The position numbers were made by a program, and so were the translations under genes. A model generated the notes under the pieces. It searched no databases. It was not told the origin of the DNA and saw only the letters and a list, made by a program, of their open reading frames with translations. Source: a candidate division CSSED10-310 bacterium (GTDB taxonomy: Bacteria; CSSED10-310). Taken from it: a stretch of 64,000 bases of DNA. Shown piece by piece: positions 48,107 to 57,667 of this stretch; positions within the stretch are counted from its first letter, which is position 1; every line of letters begins with the position of its first letter. The stretch is from the NCBI GenBank assembly GCA_003558985.1, contig PWNJ01000038.1, positions 4,990-68,989 of the forward strand, in the 5' to 3' direction.

Positions 48107-49497
48107 GTATAGAAAATGTAAAATCAAAAGCATCCCAAATCATCGAAAAAACGCTTGCAAAGTGCAGGAGTTATGGAGCTGATGAAGCGGCTGTTTCAAT
48201 TAATGGAGGATGCAGTGGATTAACCCGATTTGCAGTCAACCGAATTATTCAAAATGTCGAGTCGGATAAACACACGCTTACTATTGCTGTATCAATTGGA
48301 CATCGTGAAGCTGCAACAACAACCAGTGTTTTGGAGGATGATTCAATTGAACAGGCGGTAAAAAATGTTGTTAACTCAGCTAAAATGTATCCCGAAAATC
48401 CAGAACATGTCAGCCCTGTCGAGCTTGCATCTATTCCTGAATCAGATTGCTACGATTCCCAAACCGCTGAATTTTCACAGATTGACAAAGCGAAAATAAT
48501 TGCACAGATATGTCAAAAAACAGACTCATCAAACCTGTTGGCGTATGGTATCCTTAAAACCGGATGGAAATATGAAGCGTACGGAAACTCAAATGGACAC
48601 TACTGTTGGCATCCAGAATCAATAGCGGACTTCTCGCTTACAGTACGTACAGAAAAGGGTGATGGCAGTTGCAGAGAAAACAGAACCTATAATCAGTTTG
48701 GAAAAATAGAATTTGATTCATTGATTGATAAATGTATCAACTGGGCAACCTTATCCAGAACTGCTGAATATATTGAACCTGGTGATTATAACGTTATTCT
48801 GACACCAACCGCTGCTATGAGTTATCTTATGTGGGCATTTTTTACTATGGATGCACGAAAAGTTGCCGAAGGACGCAGCGGATTAACGAATTACTTCAAA
48901 TGCGACGATCCAATTAACAAAAAGCTTTTCAGTTCGAATATAAGCGTTCGTAGCAGATTACAGCACCCTGAATATCCGGCTGCAGCGTTCAGTAGTGCAT
49001 TTGAAATGGACTATGGATCTCAAGGACTTGCCTCGGGTCTTTTTTCCAGAGGATTGCCGGTCGAAGACTATCCCATTATTCAAAATGGCATTCAAAAACA
49101 CTTGTTCTCATCACTATACTGGGCAAGAAAACATAACATTAAACCTCGAGCATTCCCAACAATGCTGGAATTCTCAGGTACTGACAAATCAACTAATGAT
49201 ATTATTGCCACTACCGAAAAAGCTCTCCTGATCAACAGTTTTTGGTACATTCGCTTTGTCGATCCCAATCAAATGCTGTTGACAGGTTTAACCAGAGATG
49301 GTGTGTTCATGATTGAAAACGGGAAAATAGTGCGCCCGGTGAAAAATTTGCGCTTCAACGAAAGTCCGCTTCAAAGTATGGAAAATATCCGAATTGTCGG
49401 CAAGCCTGAATTACGAAGATCATGGTTCTTTGAACTGCTCATTCCGCCAATGGTAATTGACAAATTTAGTTTTACTACGGAAACTGATGCCATTTGA
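48103..49497 (+). CDS. pmbA: PmbA/TldE family protein
   Basis: Paralogous to the upstream TldD. Its start ATG overlaps the tldD stop (ATGA). Confidence 0.7.
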   Translation: MSIENVKSKASQIIEKTLAKCRSYGADEAAVSINGGCSGLTRFAVNRIIQNVESDKHTLTIAVSIGHREAATTTSVLEDDSIEQAVKNVVNSAKMYPENPEHVSPVELASIPESDCYDSQTAEFSQIDKAKIIAQICQKTDSSNLLAYGILKTGWKYEAYGNSNGHYCWHPESIADFSLTVRTEKGDGSCRENRTYNQFGKIEFDSLIDKCINWATLSRTAEYIEPGDYNVILTPTAAMSYLMWAFFTMDARKVAEGRSGLTNYFKCDDPINKKLFSSNISVRSRLQHPEYPAAAFSSAFEMDYGSQGLASGLFSRGLPVEDYPIIQNGIQKHLFSSLYWARKHNIKPRAFPTMLEFSGTDKSTNDIIATTEKALLINSFWYIRFVDPNQMLLTGLTRDGVFMIENGKIVRPVKNLRFNESPLQSMENIRIVGKPELRRSWFFELLIPPMVIDKFSFTTETDAI

Positions 49498-49515
49498 TAC
49501 AGAAAAAGTATAACA

Positions 49516-49923
49516 CTATTGTGCATCAAAACGCTTCCATCGGACTCGGCCATTTTCAATGGCGTCCCGAACAGAACGTTCAATGGAGCTTAGACGCACT
49601 CCAGAATGTGTTTTGACCTCTACAAATAACACTTCATGAACAGAACCTTTTGCCAGACCCGAAAAAACAATGTAATCAATTGGGGTTCCAATAAAACGAG
49701 CTTCACTTCCTGAACCAGGAAATCCCGCAAGTAAAGGGGCAAACTGCTCATTGACCAAGCCGGTCATTACCGCATGAGAGCGCTTTCTGAATTTGCGGTC
49801 TCTAAGAACTTTGTAATAATAACGAGTTGCTAAACAGGCAACTGATATTGCAGTAAAAACAATAGCAATAACTGCGCTAAATGAAAAACTGAACCCCTTT
49901 AATCCAGATAACAATTCCTGCAT
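49516..49923 (-). CDS. Membrane-anchored PD-(D/E)xK nuclease-fold protein (Hjc/YraN-like)
   Basis: N-terminal TM, then GTPIDYIVF...EVLFVEVKT..G.LS..E, which resembles a PD-(D/E)xK core. The start is set at MQELL; the upstream extension is encoded by an A-rich promoter-like region. Confidence 0.35.
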   Translation of the reverse strand: MQELLSGLKGFSFSFSAVIAIVFTAISVACLATRYYYKVLRDRKFRKRSHAVMTGLVNEQFAPLLAGFPGSGSEARFIGTPIDYIVFSGLAKGSVHEVLFVEVKTHSGVRLSSIERSVRDAIENGRVRWKRFDAQ

Positions 49924-50116
49924 GATTCTTCTCTCCCAGTAAACAAAACAAAAATACTTACAAAAAAATATACAAAACTTTTCCAAAAACCAAATAAACG
50001 GGTTTATGCATAACTTTTCCAGTCAGGCTGACCTTGCTTTTTAAACATAATTCTGAAAAATAAACACAAAAAACACCGGGCGACAACCGGGAGCCCAAAA
50101 TTAAATGTAAAAATAT

Positions 50117-50165
50117 TTGACAAAAATAAAAAAACAGGATAAAATTGTATGTGTTTGGTGGAGGG
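50117..50165 (+). promoter_or_regulatory. Strong sigma70-type promoter (TTGACA-17 nt-TAAAAT) and RBS in front of the T3SS gene set
   Basis: TTGACA at 50117-50122, TAAAAT at 50140-50145, and GGTGGAGGG at 50157-50165 before ATG 50174. The region is embedded in about 180 bp of A-rich DNA. Confidence 0.6.
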
Positions 50166-50173
50166 ATTGCCTG

Positions 50174-50869
50174 ATGAATTTCGGTGAACATATTCAAAGT
50201 GAATTTATAAACCAGTTTTCAAATCTTTTACACACGTATGAAAACGCAAATATAAATGCCAATCATAAGGAATGCCAGAGGATTCGTGAGTTCACAGTTA
50301 AAACTTTGAAAATGATAGATGCATATCCTTTCTATGTAATCGAAAACATACACCCGGAATGGATTAGACAAAAACTGGAGAGTTTCAATAACTGCTGCAG
50401 GTCAAAGTTATTAAAAAGCATTGCGGAGTATGACAGCGTTAAAGTTCGCAATATAGTTAAGTCATTTCAATTTAAAACAACTGGAACTTGCATCCGTAAT
50501 TGTTGCCACAATAGCACTTTGACCAAACTTATAGATGGATGGCCGATCATGACAAGTCGAACACGGTTTTCAAACAGTTCATGGAAACAATTGCCGTTTA
50601 TGAAATGGGAACGCATTGAATATCTTGTTCAGTGTCTGAAGAAAAAGTATCCGGGCACTTCGCTAGCAGAATTGTATTACTGCGAATGGAATCAAATGAG
50701 ACAATCAGACAAAAATACAGCTCTGATATGGCTTGAACATAAGTTGATGCCTGATCAAGGTCGGCTTTTTGTCGAACAGATTAAAAGCATGCCACACATA
50801 AAAAATCGTACGAACAATTATTGTGATTCGATTCTTCAAAAAGTGATGGTAGGAGGATTCAAAAAATGA
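50174..50869 (+). CDS. Hypothetical protein, first gene of the T3SS operon (position compatible with SctK)
   Basis: 231 aa, Cys-containing, no family recognisable by eye. Gene order only. Confidence 0.3.
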   Translation: MNFGEHIQSEFINQFSNLLHTYENANINANHKECQRIREFTVKTLKMIDAYPFYVIENIHPEWIRQKLESFNNCCRSKLLKSIAEYDSVKVRNIVKSFQFKTTGTCIRNCCHNSTLTKLIDGWPIMTSRTRFSNSSWKQLPFMKWERIEYLVQCLKKKYPGTSLAELYYCEWNQMRQSDKNTALIWLEHKLMPDQGRLFVEQIKSMPHIKNRTNNYCDSILQKVMVGGFKK

Positions 50870-51480
50870 TTAATGCAGAACCAAGAATTATACTTAAAGA
50901 ATCCAGAGATGCACACAACAAGGCTGACAAGATTATTGATTCAGCTAAATCTGAAGCGCATTCAATAATCAAAAACGCTTTGGATGAAGCGGATAAAATT
51001 ACTGAAAATGCACATATCCAGGGTGTTAAATCAGCCAAGAAGGAGGCTCTTAAACATATTGTTATGGCAAATAATCATCGGCGAAATACAGAACAGGCTG
51101 TCTTGCCTGAGTTAGTTAACTTGTGCATGGATACGGTGTACTTATTTTTATCGCAGTATCAGAAAAGTCATAAAGATTGGATTGTTCTACGAGTGAAAAA
51201 AGGTTTGGAGTATTTACAGGATCAAAGAACGGTAAAAGTACTTTTGAATCCTGATGATTTATCATCACAGGTTGACAAGCTGGAGATGATTTCCAAAACG
51301 ACAGTTTTGAATGGTTCAGTAAAACTTGTTGCGGATAACAGAATCAGTAAAGGTGATTGTCTGTTTGAATCGCCGGAGGGTTCCATAAACGCGACTTTAA
51401 AAGACAGCATTGATTCGATTCGTTCAATTTTGCTTAAAAGTAAAACCAGCTTTGATACGGAAGGAGATATTTATGAGTAA
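50866..51480 (+). CDS. sctL: FliH/SctL-like stator protein of the T3SS ATPase
   Basis: N-terminal Ala/Glu/Lys helical region and a C-terminal FliH-like block (VKVLLNPDD...VADNRISKGDCLFESPEGSINATL). Confidence 0.45.
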   Translation: MINAEPRIILKESRDAHNKADKIIDSAKSEAHSIIKNALDEADKITENAHIQGVKSAKKEALKHIVMANNHRRNTEQAVLPELVNLCMDTVYLFLSQYQKSHKDWIVLRVKKGLEYLQDQRTVKVLLNPDDLSSQVDKLEMISKTTVLNGSVKLVADNRISKGDCLFESPEGSINATLKDSIDSIRSILLKSKTSFDTEGDIYE

Positions 51481-51790
51481 CAATTATATTAATTCAATTC
51501 AAACGATCAGTAATCAGTCTGGATCGGAACAGAGTCTTGCCAGCGCAGCATTACAAAAACCGGATGTGCCTGAATTTCCAATACTGGAGGACATACTTAA
51601 TACAGGAAATGCAACTTCTGTTATTCGGGAAATCAAGTCTTTGTGCTGTCTTCTGGATAATTGTCCGGTAAAACATCATGACCTTGAAACGGTTAATAGA
51701 ATTTGGTCTGCCAGGGAGGGGTTAAAAGAAACAGCAAAACTGTTTGAAAAACTCCAGGAATTGGACAACAAAAGAAAACATATCGCATGA
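51473..51790 (+). CDS. Small T3SS-associated protein (position of the YscE-like needle co-chaperone)
   Basis: 105 aa. Overlaps the upstream gene (ATG 51473 vs stop 51480). Gene order E-F-G as in the Ysc/Psc family. Confidence 0.25.
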   Translation: MSNNYINSIQTISNQSGSEQSLASAALQKPDVPEFPILEDILNTGNATSVIREIKSLCCLLDNCPVKHHDLETVNRIWSAREGLKETAKLFEKLQELDNKRKHIA

Positions 51791-51803
51791 AAGGCTGGAT
51801 AAC

Positions 51804-52148
51804 ATGATCTATATTCAAGGTACAAACAACAATCTGACACCAATGGTCAACTCGAAACCCGAACCGAATGAAGGAAAATTCTCCAGAATTTTAAATGGTC
51901 TGGGACGCTTCGTTGGCGCTACCGGAAGAGCTGCGGCGCACTTGATACCAGGCGCTTCTGTAATATGCGAGTTTTTCAGTCTTTGTGGATTGGGAGACAG
52001 TTCGCCGAATTTCGGTGGAATGATGCCGAATGACATGCTGGGAATTCAGCAGGAAATGCTGCAGGAAGCAAGAATGTATACGTTGATATCCAATATTATG
52101 CGACTTCGGCATGATGCAGCTATGAGTGCGATAAGAAATATAAAGTAG
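51804..52148 (+). CDS. Putative needle/inner-rod family subunit (SctF/SctI-like)
   Basis: 114 aa. The C-terminus ...RLRHDAAMSAIRNIK resembles the conserved needle-family C-terminal K/R-D-x5-I-x-N motif. It is followed by a TPR chaperone-like gene. Confidence 0.3.
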   Translation: MIYIQGTNNNLTPMVNSKPEPNEGKFSRILNGLGRFVGATGRAAAHLIPGASVICEFFSLCGLGDSSPNFGGMMPNDMLGIQQEMLQEARMYTLISNIMRLRHDAAMSAIRNIK

Positions 52149-52175
52149 ACAGTTTATTGAAGAAGGAGAAATGCA

Positions 52176-52616
52176 ATGGAGACTATGCAATTAACAGATG
52201 TTATGACAATGACTGCAGATGTTATGGATCGAAATGACACAAAACAATCGTTGGCCGAAATTATGATTGAAGCAGGATATATGCTTGGTTGTGCGGGACA
52301 ATACGGTAATGCTGAAAGAATTTTCCGGAGTATTATTGCTGTGTTTCCCAAACGAATAGGTGGTTGGCTGGGGTTGGGTAATGTGTTGCTAATGCAGGGT
52401 CAGATTGAGGAAAGTGAAGAAGCGTACGAAACAGTTTTGGAAAATGATCCATCCGATCCGGCAGCAAGAGCATTTTTGGGTGAATTATATTTATGCTCAG
52501 GAAGATATGAAGCAGGACGCGAAATTCTTAGCTCTGTATTCCACGATTATCCCGATATGCAGGTAGGTGCATGGGCATGGAATTTACTTCAGCTTAGTGG
52601 AGAATTACAAAAATGA
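52176..52616 (+). CDS. TPR-repeat T3SS chaperone-like protein (YscG/class II chaperone-like)
   Basis: 146 aa with 3 TPR-like helix pairs (AGYMLGCAGQYGNAERIF..., LGNVLLMQGQIEESEEAY..., LGELYLCSGRYEAGREIL). Confidence 0.45.
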   Translation: METMQLTDVMTMTADVMDRNDTKQSLAEIMIEAGYMLGCAGQYGNAERIFRSIIAVFPKRIGGWLGLGNVLLMQGQIEESEEAYETVLENDPSDPAARAFLGELYLCSGRYEAGREILSSVFHDYPDMQVGAWAWNLLQLSGELQK

Positions 52617-53011
52617 GCGCTCTTGTTGGAACATCGGGAGTAACACAGGTATCTGGCAACATTTTATCTGAAGTTAACAGAAAGCCCAAATCAAATGCTT
52701 CATCTTTTAAAGCAGTTATGAAGGAATGCCAAAATCATTCCTTGTTCCCCTCATCGATCTCAGCCAATACATCCGTTAACCTTGAATCAGCAAAACAATC
52801 TGCCATAAAAATAGTTTCCGATCTGGAAACTCAAAGCAGACAGATGAACAAAACTCTGCAAAAGCTGTTAACAGGTAATGATATGAATTCATCTGAGTTG
52901 CTGGCATTACAAGGAAAAATGCTAAACTTTCAACAGTATGTAATGGCTGTTTCCAAAACTGTTGAATCATTTGTTAACTGCATCAGAACAACTTTACAAA
53001 CACAGGTCTGA
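52613..53011 (+). CDS. Putative inner rod protein (SctI-like)
   Basis: 132 aa, immediately upstream of sctJ as yscI is in Yersinia. Predicted helical C-terminus (VMAVSKTVESFVNCIRTTLQTQV). Confidence 0.3.
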   Translation: MSALVGTSGVTQVSGNILSEVNRKPKSNASSFKAVMKECQNHSLFPSSISANTSVNLESAKQSAIKIVSDLETQSRQMNKTLQKLLTGNDMNSSELLALQGKMLNFQQYVMAVSKTVESFVNCIRTTLQTQV

Positions 53012-53013
53012 TT

Positions 53014-53802
53014 ATGCTTAGCCATATCCTGAAAGCATTAAAACAATACTCAATAATTTTGCTGCTGTTTATAATGGTAACTGGATGCAAAACCGAACTG
53101 TATCACGGTTTGACTGAATCCCAGGCCAATGAACTCATTCTGGTATTAAACAGATATGGTATCACAGCAAGAAAAAAAAGGGAGTCAGGAAGAAATGCAG
53201 AATGGGTTGTTTCTGTTTCTGAATCAGATGCTGGAAAGGCCTTAAAAGTAATTTTTGAGTACAATTTGCCCACAGAAACACCTCCAGGGTTTAATGAGTT
53301 GTTTCAAAAAGACAGTTTTTTACCAACAAATATCCAGGAACAAACCCGGTTTTTGAGCGCTTTAACCGGAGAATTGCAAAAAACTCTGGAAAAAGATGAT
53401 TCAGTTATCAAAGCAAGAGTTCATATCTATAATGGTGGCATAGAACGAAGTAACCGACGATCAACTGAAAAGAATAGGTCCGCTGCAGTTTTACTGAAAA
53501 CTGCACCTTACAGTAACCGGGCTGCTGTACTGGATGATGATGCTGTAAAATCCCTGATTGCAGCAAGTGTTGGTGCGATGTCCGAAAATGATGTAACCGT
53601 AATAAGAACTGAAGGCACCATTTGGTACAGTTCAATTACTTCCGAAGAGGACTCTCAAAGTCACGTGATAGATCGTCACGTTAAATTTGTTATAGCAATT
53701 GCTATGGGGTTGCTGGTTATTGGTATCGTTTTGGTCGGTTATGCAAAATCAGTAATGCGACAAAAAAAATCGGAGGAAAGTCAGGATGATTTGCAAAATT
53801 GA
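53014..53802 (+). CDS. sctJ: T3SS inner-membrane ring lipoprotein SctJ (YscJ/PrgK/EscJ family)
   Basis: Lipobox MVTGCKTELYHGLTESQANELILVLNRYGI closely matches the YscJ N-terminus. C-terminal TM. 262 aa. Confidence 0.75.
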   Translation: MLSHILKALKQYSIILLLFIMVTGCKTELYHGLTESQANELILVLNRYGITARKKRESGRNAEWVVSVSESDAGKALKVIFEYNLPTETPPGFNELFQKDSFLPTNIQEQTRFLSALTGELQKTLEKDDSVIKARVHIYNGGIERSNRRSTEKNRSAAVLLKTAPYSNRAAVLDDDAVKSLIAASVGAMSENDVTVIRTEGTIWYSSITSEEDSQSHVIDRHVKFVIAIAMGLLVIGIVLVGYAKSVMRQKKSEESQDDLQN

Positions 53803-55135
53803 CAATCTGAAAGATTCTTTGCAGAAGGTAAGGGATACCATTAAACAATGCAAAGTGTTTCAGTTTATTGGTCAAATTGATCATATTCAAGGTGTTACTA
53901 TGGCTGCTAAACTTCAAAATGCAAAAATAGGTGAAGTGTGCAAAATTGTTAGCAACAATGCGATCTCATATGCAGAAGTAGTCGGTTTTACCAAAAAAAC
54001 ATGTACACTTATGCCCTACACCCACACATACGGTATGCAACCTGATTCCAAAGTAATACCAACAGGTCATAGCTTCAAGCTACTGTGTCATTCCAATATG
54101 ATGGGATGTATCATAAACGGTCTGGGAAAAATTATATCATATGACGAAGACAAGTCATTTACTCCTGAAAACGCATCTTATATTACAATAAAAAACAACG
54201 CTCCAAATCCAATGACAAGAAAAATGATAACTGAAACATTACATACAGGCATTAATATTGTCGATGCTTTTACTACAATTGGTAAAGGACAAAGAATTGG
54301 CATTTTTGCAGCAGCAGGAACAGGAAAAACAACGTTGATGTCGCAGATAGTGAAATCTGTTAATGCTGATGTTATTGTGATTAATCTGCTTGGCGAACGA
54401 GGTCGGGAAGTAAAAGAATTCCTGGATAATACTCTGGATGATAAAACACGAATGAAATCTGTCGTTGTTATTACCACATCTGATCAGCCCGCAATTGTCA
54501 GATTAAAGTCTGCATATATTGCTACCACAGTTGCAGAGTATTTTCGGGATCATGGAAAAAATGTTTTGTTAATAATGGATTCAGTTACACGTTTTGCACG
54601 TGCTTTACGGGAGATTGGTCTGGCACGCGGAGAAGTACCAACACGATCCGGTTATCCACCATCTGTATTCGCAGAGTTACCTGCATTGCTTGAACGAACT
54701 GGCACAAATGATAAAGGATCGATAACAGCATTGTATACAGTTCTGGTTGCGGGTGATGATCTGAATGAACCTATTGCTGATGAGGTCATGTCGATACTGG
54801 ATGGACATATAATTCTTTCAAGAAAGCTGGCTGCTGCAAACTGTTATCCGGCTATTGATATAATGCAGTCAAAAAGTAGAATAATGAATCAAATAATCTC
54901 AAAAGAACATCGCGAATTGTCGGCTGATTTACTATCAAGCTACGCAATCAGAGCCGCTAATGAAGATGCAATCCGATTTGGCTTTTATGAACCTGGAAAT
55001 AGTATTGATCTGGATGGTGCAATACGAATTAAACCACTAATGGACAAGTTCATGTTCTCTTCGGAAAAGAAATGCCAGTCATTTGAAGATACCATTAACA
55101 TAATGAAAAAGATTGTAGAACAGAAATCAATATGA
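53786..55135 (+). CDS. sctN: T3SS ATPase SctN (FliI/YscN family)
   Basis: GQRIGIFAAAGTGKTTL Walker A, DSVTRFARALREIGLARGEVPTRSGYPPSVFAELPALLERTG (near-identical to the YscN/FliI core), and VLVAGDDLNEPIAD. Confidence 0.85.
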   Translation: MICKIDNLKDSLQKVRDTIKQCKVFQFIGQIDHIQGVTMAAKLQNAKIGEVCKIVSNNAISYAEVVGFTKKTCTLMPYTHTYGMQPDSKVIPTGHSFKLLCHSNMMGCIINGLGKIISYDEDKSFTPENASYITIKNNAPNPMTRKMITETLHTGINIVDAFTTIGKGQRIGIFAAAGTGKTTLMSQIVKSVNADVIVINLLGERGREVKEFLDNTLDDKTRMKSVVVITTSDQPAIVRLKSAYIATTVAEYFRDHGKNVLLIMDSVTRFARALREIGLARGEVPTRSGYPPSVFAELPALLERTGTNDKGSITALYTVLVAGDDLNEPIADEVMSILDGHIILSRKLAAANCYPAIDIMQSKSRIMNQIISKEHRELSADLLSSYAIRAANEDAIRFGFYEPGNSIDLDGAIRIKPLMDKFMFSSEKKCQSFEDTINIMKKIVEQKSI

Positions 55136-55605
55136 TGCACACAGAATCATACAGGTTTACGTTTGTTTTGAAGAAACTGGAAAGTGATATCTGCCAGCTT
55201 GTCAAACAAAAAAAACAGTTAAAACGAACATTGGATGAATGTGAAAGAGTAATTAAAACCCACAAAGAAGAAGCAGATAATCTGAAAAAAAAGAAGATAT
55301 TCGAAATTCATGACAAGACTGAGTTTACAACGGAAGATATGATTAAGCAATTGAATCTGATAACAGGAATCAGAGTAAAAACAAGGCAAATCCTGAACAG
55401 TGTTTCAAAAGTTGAGTTGAAACGAGCAAACTTGATCAGGAATCAAAGTATTCTGGATGGCAAAATTATAATGCTCGAAAAGGATTTGAATCGTATCAAG
55501 GCGCATAAAGAAAGCGCAGAGGATTCAGTCAAAAGATGGATTAAAAAAACAACAGAAATTAAAGAACAGGACATCACTAGTCTTTATCATAAGGAGATTT
55601 GTTAG
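55132..55605 (+). CDS. sctO: SctO/FliJ-like coiled-coil stalk protein
   Basis: 157 aa, Lys/Glu-rich and predicted all-helical. Positioned directly after the ATPase. Confidence 0.45.
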   Translation: MMHTESYRFTFVLKKLESDICQLVKQKKQLKRTLDECERVIKTHKEEADNLKKKKIFEIHDKTEFTTEDMIKQLNLITGIRVKTRQILNSVSKVELKRANLIRNQSILDGKIIMLEKDLNRIKAHKESAEDSVKRWIKKTTEIKEQDITSLYHKEIC

Positions 55606-55606
55606 G

Positions 55607-56134
55607 ATGAAGATCGTTTCAGAAAGCAAGTGTGTGAATTACCCAGATGATTGTAAAGCTAATCATAACAATCTTTATGGCAATTGTGTCCCAAATAGAT
55701 CAACCAAAGATGAAAAAAGAAGCATTACAGACTTTGCATCAATTCTTGCTGGTTTACAAAATCCAGAACGTACTCTCTTTCTTAAATTGTATACTAATCA
55801 AACAAATGAAAAGCGGAATTGTAAAGATATTCAGGTTTTACTGAAAAAGCTTCAAATTACATCGCAGGCACTGATCAGAATGCCACAATTGGATAAAAGC
55901 GTTAAAATAGAATGCCATTTTAAGAATCTTGGATTGATTGTTATAGAAGCTAAATTGAAAGACAACATCATAATGTTTAATTTGCATTGCTGTCGAAATG
56001 CGTCATTAATAATAAGAAAAAACCTTGGTGCCATCGGTAAAACTCTTCGCGAATCTACCGGACTGCCCCACGGATTCAGAATTACATCAAATAGTACTTT
56101 TCGTGATAAGTCCCAACAAGAAAAGACAAAATAA
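55607..56134 (+). CDS. Hypothetical protein at the SctP (needle-length regulator) position
   Basis: Gene order only. 175 aa, Cys-rich. Confidence 0.2.
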   Translation: MKIVSESKCVNYPDDCKANHNNLYGNCVPNRSTKDEKRSITDFASILAGLQNPERTLFLKLYTNQTNEKRNCKDIQVLLKKLQITSQALIRMPQLDKSVKIECHFKNLGLIVIEAKLKDNIIMFNLHCCRNASLIIRKNLGAIGKTLRESTGLPHGFRITSNSTFRDKSQQEKTK

Positions 56135-56142
56135 AAAAACAA

Positions 56143-57654
56143 ATGTCGGACGTGGAGTTTAAAGTGCGAATAACTAAATCTTACAATGTTCAAGAACTGG
56201 AGATTCGAACAATTCCTGAAGAATATGCAGATTGCATAAACGCCTGGACCAAATGTTTTAACAGTCAGATGTTTAAAAGACACCTTTCCGAAATTATCAA
56301 TGAGATTATAGTACTTCCGGTTTCAACGATACCTCTGTTTCAATTGACGGTAAATGCAACAGAACAGGTGAATGGCCAAATACTGAAGCCTGCTGAGCAA
56401 ATTATGGTAGGACGATCAGCGAAAGCTCAGATACAGATTAGTGAGAAAAGCGTCAGTAACAGGCATTGTCTGGTTGGTTCTGATGGTTCAGGAAGGTTTG
56501 TTGTCAGGGATCTGGGAAGCCTGAATGGAACATTTGCCGATGGACGAAAACTGACCCCGGGGAATGACTATATTTTTTATGATGGTTGCAAGATATCTGT
56601 TGGCAATGTGCCGATAGACATCGTAAAAATGTTCAGCAACACTGTCTGTGATGTGCAAACTGAGATCAAAATATGTCCTTTAGAAAAGAGTGTTTATGGT
56701 AATACCAGGATAAAATATTTACTGAAAATTGGTGATCAACAATACAGGGCCACATTATTTATAGATGAACAAAAACTATATCGAATTGCTTTGATGTATT
56801 TCGGTTTGCAGTACTGGCATGGTGGATGTGTTCCAATGTATAAACCATTATCTGATTTGATAATATCCCGCTTTTTATGCAATTTGAAAAAAACTGTTGA
56901 ATCAAAGCATTCTTTGAAACTGGAATATCAACTATATAATAATCAATTGTCAGAATACATAAATGAATGTCAAAAAAGCTATATTCTTGAAATCCAAACA
57001 CCATTTGGTCGCGATCAAATCGAGTTTAGCTTGGATGCAAGCCACTTGGCTGAAGGTTTACAAAGCGTCTTAAGCAATACCCCAAAAGATATTACAGCAA
57101 GTTTGCCTGAACATATTGGAAAAGCATCGGTTACGTTATGCTGTGTTTGTCCCCCTGTAGTTATGCCTTATAAACAGGCATTTTCGCTGAAAAAAGAAGA
57201 CGTGATACTACCCGGATTGTTGGAAGAACAAAACGATTATCAACCTGAACAGTTAAACAAGATGTTTTTGGTCACGAATACATCTCAGGATAATAGTTTG
57301 GAAATACTCTGCGATGGTAAAATATTCAACGATCGTATTGATTTAACGATTCTTGCAGTTAACGAAAGGAATAGTAACATGACACAGGATCACAATGTAA
57401 GACCGAAAAACTTACAATCAACTACGTGTGAAACAAGCTGTCTGGATATCTCAGATAGACGTTTGGTTCCAGTACAAATTGAAATAGATACTCTGGAGTT
57501 ATCAATTGCCGAGTTGTCAGAGTTGTATGTCGGACAAATTCTGAAATTGAAACGAAAGATTGATGAACCTGTTAACGTAAAAGTAAACGAAACTATGATT
57601 GCAGAAGGAAAGCTGGTGCAGGTTGGTAAAGAATTTGGTGTTGAATTGCTTTGA
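56143..57654 (+). CDS. sctQ: SctQ (FliN/SpoA C-ring) with an N-terminal FHA domain
   Basis: C-terminal SpoA block (LVPVQIEIDTLELSIAELSELYVGQILKLKRKIDEPVNVKVNETMIAEGKLVQVGKEFGVEL). The N-terminal FHA signature is IMVGRSAKAQIQI...SNRHCLV...LGSLNGTF. Confidence 0.7.
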   Translation: MSDVEFKVRITKSYNVQELEIRTIPEEYADCINAWTKCFNSQMFKRHLSEIINEIIVLPVSTIPLFQLTVNATEQVNGQILKPAEQIMVGRSAKAQIQISEKSVSNRHCLVGSDGSGRFVVRDLGSLNGTFADGRKLTPGNDYIFYDGCKISVGNVPIDIVKMFSNTVCDVQTEIKICPLEKSVYGNTRIKYLLKIGDQQYRATLFIDEQKLYRIALMYFGLQYWHGGCVPMYKPLSDLIISRFLCNLKKTVESKHSLKLEYQLYNNQLSEYINECQKSYILEIQTPFGRDQIEFSLDASHLAEGLQSVLSNTPKDITASLPEHIGKASVTLCCVCPPVVMPYKQAFSLKKEDVILPGLLEEQNDYQPEQLNKMFLVTNTSQDNSLEILCDGKIFNDRIDLTILAVNERNSNMTQDHNVRPKNLQSTTCETSCLDISDRRLVPVQIEIDTLELSIAELSELYVGQILKLKRKIDEPVNVKVNETMIAEGKLVQVGKEFGVELL

Positions 57655-57667
57655 AGGGAAAAAGAAT

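Noticed and set aside
49924-49986. N-terminal extension MEKFCIFFCKYFCFVYWERRI of the minus-strand nuclease-like gene
   Set aside because: It is encoded by the poly-A/T promoter region of the divergent T3SS operon. The Phe/Tyr/Cys/Lys-rich product reflects A/T-rich composition, not a real signal peptide.
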